IMG/VR virus record: IMGVR_UViG_3300037583_000002
Location: 1 to 55,558 of that record
Length of the DNA: 55,558 nucleotides
Reading direction: 5' to 3' (one strand)
Source: a virus
Taxonomy: Duplodnaviria; Caudoviricetes
A model generated the notes under the pieces. The model searched no databases. It was not told the origin of the DNA and worked only from the letters and a program-made list of their open reading frames with translations. Each line of letters opens with the position of its first letter. Positions within the stretch are counted from its first letter, which is position 1. The position numbers and the translations under genes were made by a program. Below are positions 19,871 through 28,136 of this stretch, in pieces.

Positions 19871-21658
19871 TTTATAAAGGTACGTTTCCTTAAATAGCTC
19901 GTCGAAATCGCGTTGGGCTGCTTCATTCCACTGGCCGCCCTTTTGCTCGAACTCCGCACGATCCTCGTTGTACCTGTCGTTATAAACGTCTCTGACTTCA
20001 CTAACGCCAAGTCCTGAGTACGCGCTAACAGCTTTGATTGTATTAGCCGTTTCGGGCTTATACTTAGCCTCAACCGCTGTTATGTAAGGCGTAACACTCA
20101 TCACCGTTAACTCAGCATTTGACTCAGCACGAAGATAAGACTCAATACCATGCGACCACATTGCGGCAAATTCTGGCGTACTCATAGCCTCAACACTGTA
20201 GCGGCCATTAGCCATAAAGCGGTCAGCAAGGATATTAATTTGTGACTCAAGCCCTTTGATTTGCGCAGGTTTAAAGCCTCGAATGCTACCAATATAACCA
20301 GCGACCGACGCGCCAACATCACCGAGGTACTTACGTGTGTCTTTAAGCGCTTTTTGCTGTGACTCTACATTGGTGGTTGTAGCTTTTGCCGCCACCACTT
20401 GAGCGTTAAGCAGCTCTTTACGCGCCTTAATTACCTTAGCGTTAGCGTTCGCCTGCACCTCATAAATATCGGCTCTGTGCTTCTCAATATCATGCGTACT
20501 GAAACGCATATCGCCCGTATCCATGTAGTTACGCATTTGCTTTTCGTTGATATTACCCGTTAGATACAGCTCGCCAACAACAGCTGCGCGCTTGCGCTTA
20601 GCCGCATACTTGTCCTTAATGGCCTGCATCTTCTGCTCAACGTCCTCAACTTGTGCAATTGGCTCTAGGGCGCGATTCACCTTTGGTGGTGCTTCACCCG
20701 ATTGGTCAATCGCTTCCTTAGTCTTGGCTAAGTCCTCAGCTCCCTCGGGAGTGCTAACCTTATTGCTCGGCGTAACTTTCGCAACATCACCCTTAAACGA
20801 CACCCTTGCAGAGTCACCGTGCGCCTTTTTACCGAAAGCTTTTTCCAGCGCAGCAACACGGCCACTAACACCAGCTAAACGACGAGTGCCCTCCCGCTTA
20901 GCCTCATTCGCGGCCTCTTGCCTCGCAGCTGAACGATTGAGGTTTTCTTCAGTAGGAACATCCTCATTCGGTGAAACCTGCTTATCCTGCGCAACATTTA
21001 GCAAACTTTGCTGCTTGAGGTTTTCTTTGAACTCATCGCGTGAAGCCTCGCGCACAACACCGTTCTCGTCTGCAGTAAAACTCGCGCGTACATAAGCTGC
21101 ATGGTGCTCAGGGGCTATGCCGTTTTGTTCCGCGACCTCAATGCTTTTAGCAGCGTGAGCCTGTAGGCGACTTAGATCTTCCTCCTTGGCTCGCAAAGGC
21201 GTACTCGTGTTGTCGTTTGGGTTTACGGTTAATGGCGCTCGTTCGCCGTTAGACTTAAGCACACCAAACGACACCGTACCATCACCATTGCTGGCTACTT
21301 CTATGTCGCCGCCATCGCGCGTTAACGCACGATTAAACCTGTTTAGCTCCGCCCGTTCCTGCTCGTCAATTGAAGCCGTAACATCATCAACATAGCCTTG
21401 TCGTGCGTCCCTTAATCGCTGGCGCTCATCAGCTATTCTTTGGCGCTCAGCCTCTTTGTGGTCGTACTCGCTCATCTGGCGCTCAAACAAGGCACTACTG
21501 CGCTCATCAGCTAGTCGCTGGCGTCGCATGTTCTCTGCGTCTAAGCGTTCTTGTCGCTCACGCTGGTACTCACGTTCTTCGCGTCTTTCCGCATATTGTG
21601 CATACTGGCCTATCGCATTAATAATAGCCGAACCATCACGCATTCCATAACCTGCCAT
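19865..21658 (-). CDS. Internal virion / ejection protein
   Basis: Helical charged protein, GGAGG RBS, position in ejection cluster. Confidence 0.7.
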   Translation of the reverse strand: MAGYGMRDGSAIINAIGQYAQYAERREEREYQRERQERLDAENMRRQRLADERSSALFERQMSEYDHKEAERQRIADERQRLRDARQGYVDDVTASIDEQERAELNRFNRALTRDGGDIEVASNGDGTVSFGVLKSNGERAPLTVNPNDNTSTPLRAKEEDLSRLQAHAAKSIEVAEQNGIAPEHHAAYVRASFTADENGVVREASRDEFKENLKQQSLLNVAQDKQVSPNEDVPTEENLNRSAARQEAANEAKREGTRRLAGVSGRVAALEKAFGKKAHGDSARVSFKGDVAKVTPSNKVSTPEGAEDLAKTKEAIDQSGEAPPKVNRALEPIAQVEDVEQKMQAIKDKYAAKRKRAAVVGELYLTGNINEKQMRNYMDTGDMRFSTHDIEKHRADIYEVQANANAKVIKARKELLNAQVVAAKATTTNVESQQKALKDTRKYLGDVGASVAGYIGSIRGFKPAQIKGLESQINILADRFMANGRYSVEAMSTPEFAAMWSHGIESYLRAESNAELTVMSVTPYITAVEAKYKPETANTIKAVSAYSGLGVSEVRDVYNDRYNEDRAEFEQKGGQWNEAAQRDFDELFKETYLYKN

Positions 21659-21659
21659 T

Positions 21660-22358
21660 TTAACCTCCTATCATTCCGCCTGCTGCGCTACCAATTGACG
21701 CACCCGCAGCCGCACCCGCTGGGCCACCAAATACCCCGCCAATTACACCACCGGCCACGGCACCAACTTGTGACATGAAGCCACCTTTAGCCGCTTTGTA
21801 GGCCGCATCACGCTGCTCTTTAGCTTGGTACGCTTGCGACATTGAAGCCGTACCAGATGACTGTAACTGCTCACTGATAGACATAAGTTGCGTACGTGCC
21901 GCTTGTTGTTTAACACGTTGATCTTCGTAAGCCTGAGTCATAGTAGCTGAGCGGGAGGCCGCTACTGTTCTGTTTTGGCTACGTGCCAGCGCGTTCTGCT
22001 GCGAGGCCAACTGACCACCCATGCTGTACCCTAGTTGACGGTTAGCCACCTCAGACGTTTTGGCATTAAGGCCACTGCTTAGCTGCCTAGACCGATCAAC
22101 GATCGACGTGCTTTCAGATTCCTCCAGCAAGTCATTAATGATCGGAAGAGTGTTCTGCTCGTAGTCAGTGATTTGGTTCTGGTACATGCGCTCAAGCTCT
22201 GCCTCATAATCGAGTTCAGAAGAAGCCTGTGCCTGTGCCTTATTGAGCAACTTATTGACAACCGACGCGGTAGACGACTGAGATATGCTCCCCATGTTCC
22301 AAGGTAGCGACGTAGATAGCTTATTGCTTGAGCTAGTTTCGCTGGTAGTCGTAGCCAT
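21660..22358 (-). CDS. Small ejection (pilot) protein with C-terminal glycine zipper
   Basis: Gln/Ser/Ala-rich with GAVAGGVIGGVFGGPAGAAAGASIG. Confidence 0.75.
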   Translation of the reverse strand: MATTTSETSSSNKLSTSLPWNMGSISQSSTASVVNKLLNKAQAQASSELDYEAELERMYQNQITDYEQNTLPIINDLLEESESTSIVDRSRQLSSGLNAKTSEVANRQLGYSMGGQLASQQNALARSQNRTVAASRSATMTQAYEDQRVKQQAARTQLMSISEQLQSSGTASMSQAYQAKEQRDAAYKAAKGGFMSQVGAVAGGVIGGVFGGPAGAAAGASIGSAAGGMIGG

Positions 22359-22921
22359 TAGTTAAGCGCTCCTAAAATATCCGCGACACTTGCGTTAGCA
22401 TCATTTCCCGACGTTTTACCCGTGTCACCTTTACCACTCTTGCCCGAGTCTTTGCCATACGCGTATGCGCTCACACCCGCGCCTATCAAATCAAAGACTG
22501 CCTGTTTTTTCTTGTTGTCCTCAACAAAGTCGCTCATTGAACGTTGTTGGCCTTCTGCGCCCATGCTACGAGCCACACGTTCTGTGCTTGACGTATCACG
22601 ACGGACAATATCGCCCTCTGTATCATAAGAACGGCCACCCTTACCCGTCGCCGCAATGCCAGCTGACTTAACATCAACACCGCCATCTACAGTCTTGTAT
22701 GACCCTTGGCGACGCGACTCTTGCAATCGCTCTTTACTCACTTTCGCGGACTCTGCACCGACACGAGCCATAAGCTGTGAACGGTTGTCACGTCTATTTG
22801 AGGCCATGAACGAGTCACGCGTTGCCTCTTTTACTTTTGAGCCCTCATCAAACATTTTTGACGCAAGCTCGACCTGTAGTTTTTCACCCTCAGACGTTTT
22901 AGGTTTATCAGGACTAGACAT
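22358..22921 (-). CDS. Putative virion protein
   Basis: TAATG coupling at both ends; position. Confidence 0.65.
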   Translation of the reverse strand: MSSPDKPKTSEGEKLQVELASKMFDEGSKVKEATRDSFMASNRRDNRSQLMARVGAESAKVSKERLQESRRQGSYKTVDGGVDVKSAGIAATGKGGRSYDTEGDIVRRDTSSTERVARSMGAEGQQRSMSDFVEDNKKKQAVFDLIGAGVSAYAYGKDSGKSGKGDTGKTSGNDANASVADILGALN

Positions 22922-23310
22922 TAAAGCTCCTTCACATACGTTATAGATTCAACACTAAAACCAACCTGCTCCGCTACCTTTGACCACCCTTTACGTGGGC
23001 TTGTAAAGGTGAACTTCTTACACCCCAGCTTTTTAAGGTAGGCGGACACACTCGCCATTATTTCAGGCCAATTACCAGCGTGGCCGTTCATTGCTGCAGC
23101 ACACAATACATGCGCCTTGTCGTCAATCCACTGTGCAATAAAAAACGCGTTATCACCGACTAGATGAAGCGTTGCAGCTCGAATAGTCAGAAGGCGTTTA
23201 ATCTCCTCCACAGGGTATCCGCCAAAACAACGATAGAGCCGTTCGATATAAGGCTCTATCACTGGGAACACCATTTCAATATCATCTACTGCAAATGGGT
23301 CAGTTACCAT
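22921..23310 (-). CDS. GNAT-like virion assembly protein
   Basis: A..KKLGCK.FTFTSPRKGW.KV...GF motif of podovirus assembly proteins. Confidence 0.6.
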   Translation of the reverse strand: MVTDPFAVDDIEMVFPVIEPYIERLYRCFGGYPVEEIKRLLTIRAATLHLVGDNAFFIAQWIDDKAHVLCAAAMNGHAGNWPEIMASVSAYLKKLGCKKFTFTSPRKGWSKVAEQVGFSVESITYVKEL

Positions 23311-23918
23311 GCGAAACCCTTATTGAACCTAACAGAACGCTTTGGCCTACTGCGGTCGTCTCTCGCCTCACGCTTGGCTTTTGCGATACCTTCGCGGAAG
23401 TGCGCTTCATAGGTAGCCGCCGCACGTGGGTTTGACCACTCCTTTTCGGGCATAGACAGCAGACGGGCAACAGCTCCACGTCGGATAACGTCGAACCATT
23501 TATCACCTAGCGAGTCAGGTACGCTCTCGATATTTCGGTTGGGCTGCACAACAACCAACACCTCAAGCGTACCCTTCTCAAAAGCGTCTAAAAGGATTCT
23601 ATTGCCACTGTGCGCAAAGCACCCTACGCGCGTTGCGGGGATTAACCGATGGGGTAGCTCACTCACAAGCTTGTAGCGCCCATCTCTGTCCTCTGGCTCG
23701 AAGTAGGCGTATTTGGTAGCAGCGACATACGTTTCATCAGGCATGTTCTCAAGCGGCGCATTGTCCTCTACAAGCTCGATGCGCTCTGTGTGTAGCCATG
23801 CCTCGGACGCTCTGAAAAACTCTTGAATAGCGTACCTAACTTGGCGAGCCACCGTTGTATCCAGTGGCTCAGGCACGTCCATTCTGATGCTATCAACCCA
23901 TTCTTGAACGTTCGCCAT
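23304..23918 (-). CDS. Head-tail adaptor protein
   Basis: AIQEFFRASEAW and GAVARLL.MP.KEWSNP..A motifs; position after capsid. Confidence 0.75.
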   Translation of the reverse strand: MANVQEWVDSIRMDVPEPLDTTVARQVRYAIQEFFRASEAWLHTERIELVEDNAPLENMPDETYVAATKYAYFEPEDRDGRYKLVSELPHRLIPATRVGCFAHSGNRILLDAFEKGTLEVLVVVQPNRNIESVPDSLGDKWFDVIRRGAVARLLSMPEKEWSNPRAAATYEAHFREGIAKAKREARDDRSRPKRSVRFNKGFAW

Positions 23919-23919
23919 G

Positions 23920-24582
23920 CTACGCACCTATTGGGTCACGGGTTTTGGCGTTGTCGCTCTCCATGCTCGTTTGCGTGTCCCCAATCTGCGCCATAAATAC
24001 GTTGTAGTAGTTTTGTGCGCGAGCCTGCATAGACTCTGACTCGGTAAACTTCGCAAATGCACGATGCAGAATGTAGTTAGCCACACAAGCCGCATACATC
24101 GACGGTAGCGGAAACGCGTCGGTTAGTGACTCAACCTCATCTGGCGTAGTACCCGTAACCATCAACAAGCTACCTGTGCCGTCAGCCGGTGGATAAACGT
24201 AGAACGAACGTGGGTCAGTTAAGCTCACACTGTAGCGAAATACGGTGTCAGTCTTGCTCCCCGCCATCCAATTAGGGTCTTCGTTATCCAGCGTTGAGCG
24301 CTCAACGTGACGAACAGCGCGACCCTCTTCGCCATTTTTCATGTTGCAGATAACTTCAAGCACGCGTGACGCGCCCAACGTAGCTACACTCTGCTTTGAG
24401 CCAGCCTGTAACTGAAACGGACCAGTAGTACTGCAAGCCTCTGGGCGAACTCTTGCGACCTCTGCACATGCCTCGTTGAACCATTGGATCAACTCTGGGT
24501 CACGCCACTGTACGCCGCCTTCGTCAATGTCTCGTAGAAGGACACGGACGCGATTTGTTAGTATTGTTCCTACGGTTAACAT
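23920..24582 (-). CDS. Head-tail adaptor protein (DUF6682-like)
   Basis: LLRD.....W...ELI.WFNEA...RP and FYVYPP motifs. Confidence 0.75.
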   Translation of the reverse strand: MLTVGTILTNRVRVLLRDIDEGGVQWRDPELIQWFNEACAEVARVRPEACSTTGPFQLQAGSKQSVATLGASRVLEVICNMKNGEEGRAVRHVERSTLDNEDPNWMAGSKTDTVFRYSVSLTDPRSFYVYPPADGTGSLLMVTGTTPDEVESLTDAFPLPSMYAACVANYILHRAFAKFTESESMQARAQNYYNVFMAQIGDTQTSMESDNAKTRDPIGA

Positions 24583-24597
24583 GACAATATGCCTCTA

Positions 24598-24945
24598 TTA
24601 CTTACCAGCCGCTTTGTTTGCTGCGCGTGTTGCCGCCGCTTTCTTAGCAGCTTCACTTACTTTTGCCTTACGAGCCGCCTCTTCTAGCGCCGCAGCTTGA
24701 TCCTCAGCAGCTTTCGCTTCTTCTTTGGCTTGTGCCTCAGCTTTAGCTTTTTCTTCCGCTAGAATCGCTGCCTCGCGCTCTGTTTGCAGCTCAATATCTT
24801 CTAATGGGACTAGGCCAGCACGAATAGCCGCATCTTCGAGGTGCGCTGGAACATCACGAGTTTCACCCGAACGAACAAGTAATACATGACCACCGATTGG
24901 GGCGGTTACTCGGATTGTTTGGCGTGTAAAATTTTTAACTTTCAT
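24598..24945 (-). CDS. Hypothetical head-associated protein, Ala/Lys/Glu-rich tail
   Basis: Follows capsid; clear ORF. Confidence 0.7.
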   Translation of the reverse strand: MKVKNFTRQTIRVTAPIGGHVLLVRSGETRDVPAHLEDAAIRAGLVPLEDIELQTEREAAILAEEKAKAEAQAKEEAKAAEDQAAALEEAARKAKVSEAAKKAAATRAANKAAGK

Positions 24946-24966
24946 TTGTAATTCTCTTGCATATGT

Positions 24967-24991
24967 AAGGGAGTGGTCGACTCACTCCCTT
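24967..24991 (-). terminator. Hairpin after capsid gene (terminator or stabiliser)
   Basis: AAGGGAGTG/CACTCCCTT stem; weak U tract. Confidence 0.5.
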
Positions 24992-24999
24992 GGCCTAAC

Positions 25000-26139
25000 T
25001 TAGATAGCGAAGTCGATACGTAAAACACCGTAGTCTTGCTTAACATTTCGGTCTAAAGACTTCTTAGCGTCCTTAAACTGCATCTTCTTCATACCGAAGA
25101 TTTTGCCGTAAGCAATACCGTAGTTGTTGCCGTAGTCGAAGTGATCACGCTCATCCCAAGACGGAGTATCTAGGTCAATGAAGCCTAATGCTTGCGCACC
25201 ACATAACAGACCCATACAACCGTCTACGCTGCCATCAGCACCCCATTTAGAGCCGCTAGCTGCACCTAAAGTAGTCGGTACATGGCGGAACTCATGAATG
25301 TGCAGGCCATCAACAATGTATGACTCACCGCCAGCAAATAGCGTGTTGCTATCGCCACGAACACCAGCATGACGCGCGTTTTCTTTGAAGTCTGGGTCTA
25401 GCTTCAATGTCGCTAACGCCATTGGGTGTAGGAACAGGTGGTACACCTCTGAACCGCCGTTACCACGGATACCACGAATGTAGCGAGTCTTAGCAATAGC
25501 TTGTAAACGTACAATGTGGTCGTAGCCCAGCTTGTCGTCAGCGGTGATCGCAGTAGTATCTGCATCAACTACTTTGCCGCCTTTAAGGCACATTAAATGA
25601 CGCTCAGAAGTTGGTGCTAAACCACCTGCAGTGTTGAACGCTAAGTCTGAAAGGTTGTCATCATTCGCGCCCTGACCAGGACGTACTCGACCGTCGTTAG
25701 TTTGCGCGAAATCAAGACCAGCTAATTGTAGGAACGTCATTTGGTCCATACGGTCTGATAGCCAGTAAGCTAGCTGATCACGAGCTTGTTCACGGAAGTT
25801 AACAACTGTTTTTTGATCGTTTAATTTACCAGTGTTTTTAACCGCGTTACGAAGTTGGTCAACCTCAACCTTATCTTGGTGAGCTGTTAGCGTTGCCTCG
25901 TTACCCGTTAATTCGTTGTCACCAACGATACCGTCACCGTGCATATCCGGTACTAATGTCACAATCGCTTCTGTACCGCGCTCTGACTTAGTTAGCTCGG
26001 TAATGCGTTGGATCATTGCGTTCTGGCCTGAGCCCATGAACTTTGACACGAACATTTTTTCGCGTGCTTGGTGCCACGTATCACGTGACCATACTTTTTT
26101 AGCGTCGTCGTCTAACGCTGAGAAATTAGTCTTTGCCAT
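25000..26139 (-). CDS. Major capsid protein (N4-gp56 / DUF4043 type)
   Basis: GDNELTGNE, VDQLRNAV, FREQARDQL..W, CGAQAL, DYGN and DYGV motifs. Confidence 0.93.
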   Translation of the reverse strand: MAKTNFSALDDDAKKVWSRDTWHQAREKMFVSKFMGSGQNAMIQRITELTKSERGTEAIVTLVPDMHGDGIVGDNELTGNEATLTAHQDKVEVDQLRNAVKNTGKLNDQKTVVNFREQARDQLAYWLSDRMDQMTFLQLAGLDFAQTNDGRVRPGQGANDDNLSDLAFNTAGGLAPTSERHLMCLKGGKVVDADTTAITADDKLGYDHIVRLQAIAKTRYIRGIRGNGGSEVYHLFLHPMALATLKLDPDFKENARHAGVRGDSNTLFAGGESYIVDGLHIHEFRHVPTTLGAASGSKWGADGSVDGCMGLLCGAQALGFIDLDTPSWDERDHFDYGNNYGIAYGKIFGMKKMQFKDAKKSLDRNVKQDYGVLRIDFAI

Positions 26140-26312
26140 CTAAAGCATACCCTTCGTTAGTCCCTGAGCCGTTGGCTTTGTCGCGAAACGACTAACAGTG
26201 GACTTATTAAATCCAAATGTTTTGAGTCGTCCCGTAACGTGGGTCTATCGAAATGAATGCACGGCATAACTGAGCTGTGGGGCAGGATTGATTGACAAGG
26301 TATCACCTTGGA

Positions 26313-26363
26313 TAACAGTAATTATATCTTTTACTAATTAACTTTTCAACAGTATTGCTTATA
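26313..26363 (-). promoter_or_regulatory. Strong sigma70 capsid promoter with overlapping operator
   Basis: TTGAAA(26349-26344)-17bp-TATAAT(26326-26321); operator-like 26347-26363 over -35, half-sites at 26313 and 26323. Confidence 0.8.
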
Positions 26364-26372
26364 ATTAAAGGC

Positions 26373-26406
26373 AAAAAAAAAAGGGCCGGCTATCAAACCG
26401 ACCTTT
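26373..26406 (-). terminator. Intrinsic terminator closing the moron
   Basis: AAAGGTCGGT/GCCGGCCCTT stem, T10 tail. Confidence 0.8.
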
Positions 26407-26416
26407 GATGGGGGCT

Positions 26417-26566
26417 CTAGCTCTTAGACTTGCGCCTATGATCTAACACTACCCAAAGTGCAACTACTGACGATACCACACAAGCTGCAGCGAAATTAAA
26501 AAAAGTTGGGTTTGCGTACACATACTCAACGCTCATATACAGATACGACAAAGTTAATGCCTTCAA
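26417..26566 (-). CDS. 49-aa single-pass membrane peptide (not in ORF track)
   Basis: AAGGAG RBS, TTG start; MKALTLSYLYMSVEYVYANPTFFNFAAACVVSSVVALWVVLDHRRKSKS; stop immediately before terminator. Confidence 0.7.
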   Translation of the reverse strand: MKALTLSYLYMSVEYVYANPTFFNFAAACVVSSVVALWVVLDHRRKSKS

Positions 26567-26748
26567 AATTCAAACTCCTTAAGAGCTATTAAATGTTTAC
26601 AATCTGTAGTTAGGCTAAATACTTATCAGTACATAAAATAAAAATTTGCTTAAAATGATCAAAGGTTTGCTTTACTTAGTAGTGCATTCCCTTTACATAA
26701 TAACAAATATGTATTGCATTTAATGTGGGTACCGTTTAACATGCGCAT

Positions 26749-26840
26749 GAAAGTGACGAACATGTCAACGATACTAAAGGCTTCCTACAGCCTTTAAAAG
26801 TAATTAAGCTCACTACTGCTTTTCAGTTTGGGCTTTTTTT
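26749..26840 (+). ncRNA. Candidate ~90-nt three-hairpin sRNA
   Basis: TTGCAT-17bp-TAACAT promoter (26714-26742); hairpins TGAC/GTCA and TAAAGGCT/AGCCTTTA; terminator AAGCTCA..TGGGCTT+T run. Confidence 0.55.
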
Positions 26841-27017
26841 AACTGTTTCCCCGAACAGTAGCTCTATAGTACTACTTAACATACCTTAAGCGCAAATCGT
26901 ACATTATTTTCCAATTGATCATCCATACTAATTACTTAGCCATTTTAAAACTCTTATATAACAATAACATAGAAATAAAAGTACAATGTTTTCAAGCAAA
27001 GTACGTACGAAAAGAAG

Positions 27018-27043
27018 AAAAAAAACCGACATATAATGTCGGC
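27018..27043 (-). terminator. Terminator after scaffold gene
   Basis: CCGACAT/ATGTCGG stem with T8 on minus strand. Confidence 0.75.
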
Positions 27044-27096
27044 TTATTTAATTTAAATGCTAAATTTTATATAGCCTAACTTTCTCCGGCTGTTTT

Positions 27097-28134
27097 TTAA
27101 TCAATATAATCCCCTCTTGCACGCGCTTTGGCCTCAGCACTTAGACCAGCAAACTCGTCATCTGACATACGTGAGATATCAATATCAGGTCGGCTATTGC
27201 CGCCACCTGTACCCGACAACTTGCCACGCTCTTTCTTAGCCGCAGCTAGCTTAGCCTTGGTATTGGTTTTCTTGGTAGGCTTAGCCATATCCGCCTTAGG
27301 TTTAGCTGTACGGTCAACTAAATCATTTTCAAGGGCAACTAAGCGAACCGACTTCTTAAGGGCTTCGGCTGGCGTAAGGCCACGCTCAACATACAGGTCA
27401 CGCATTTCGACAACCTCTTCGATTAGACCTTCGTCCGCCTCGTCGCCAGCACTATCAAGCTCTGGGTACTTTTCAGCTAGTGACTGTGCCGTTTGTTGCA
27501 GCTCAGACATTGCACGGTCTTGGTTAAGCTCATTGCGCACACGTTCTGACACTTCTTGCTCAGCTTTAGCCTGTACCGCTTTAGTTTGGCTAGCCATCAT
27601 TTTGCCAAATAGCTCAAAAGCCTTATCCGTCTCGCCATCAAGCATAGCCTCCTGCATACCCTCAAACTCTTCGCGGGTGAAGCCTACGGGGTCGGTTTGC
27701 TGCTCGCCCTGCGGTTCTTGGCTACCAGCCCCCTTCAAAGCGTCGATTTCCGTACGTAGGTTTTGCACAACAGACTCAAGGTTACGACGTTTCTCGATTT
27801 CCTTGTTCAGTCGTTCGAGCGGGACACGTCGGCCTTTAGCGACCTTAGAAGGTTTTTCAGCAGGCTCGTCCTCCTCACCTTCATCACCATCCACATCGTC
27901 CTCACCCTCAGACTCAGACTCATCTTCTTCTGACTCGCCGTCATCTTCTTCATCTGCTTCTTCTTCGAGTTCATCTGCTTCTTCGTGCTCGTCCTCAAGC
28001 TCATCAACAACATCGTCCGCAGGGGCTTCATCGTCCTCCACGAAGTCACCACGCTCCTCTGGCGTAGGTGGCGTGTAATCATCAAAGATTGCCGATGTTG
28101 CGTTAAGTCCATCAAGGTTACGGTTTGCAGCCAT
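27097..28134 (-). CDS. Capsid scaffolding protein
   Basis: Acidic N-terminus, VPLERLNKEI coil, DISRMSDDEFAGLS C-terminus; between portal and capsid. Confidence 0.85.
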   Translation of the reverse strand: MAANRNLDGLNATSAIFDDYTPPTPEERGDFVEDDEAPADDVVDELEDEHEEADELEEEADEEDDGESEEDESESEGEDDVDGDEGEEDEPAEKPSKVAKGRRVPLERLNKEIEKRRNLESVVQNLRTEIDALKGAGSQEPQGEQQTDPVGFTREEFEGMQEAMLDGETDKAFELFGKMMASQTKAVQAKAEQEVSERVRNELNQDRAMSELQQTAQSLAEKYPELDSAGDEADEGLIEEVVEMRDLYVERGLTPAEALKKSVRLVALENDLVDRTAKPKADMAKPTKKTNTKAKLAAAKKERGKLSGTGGGNSRPDIDISRMSDDEFAGLSAEAKARARGDYID

Positions 28135-28136
28135 TA

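Noticed and set aside
27128-28078. 316-aa plus-strand ORF and similar long antisense ORFs (7936-8568, 16012-16566, 18385-19038, 20547-21095)
   Set aside because: Ser-rich shadows of real minus-strand genes with biased codons; no RBS or motifs
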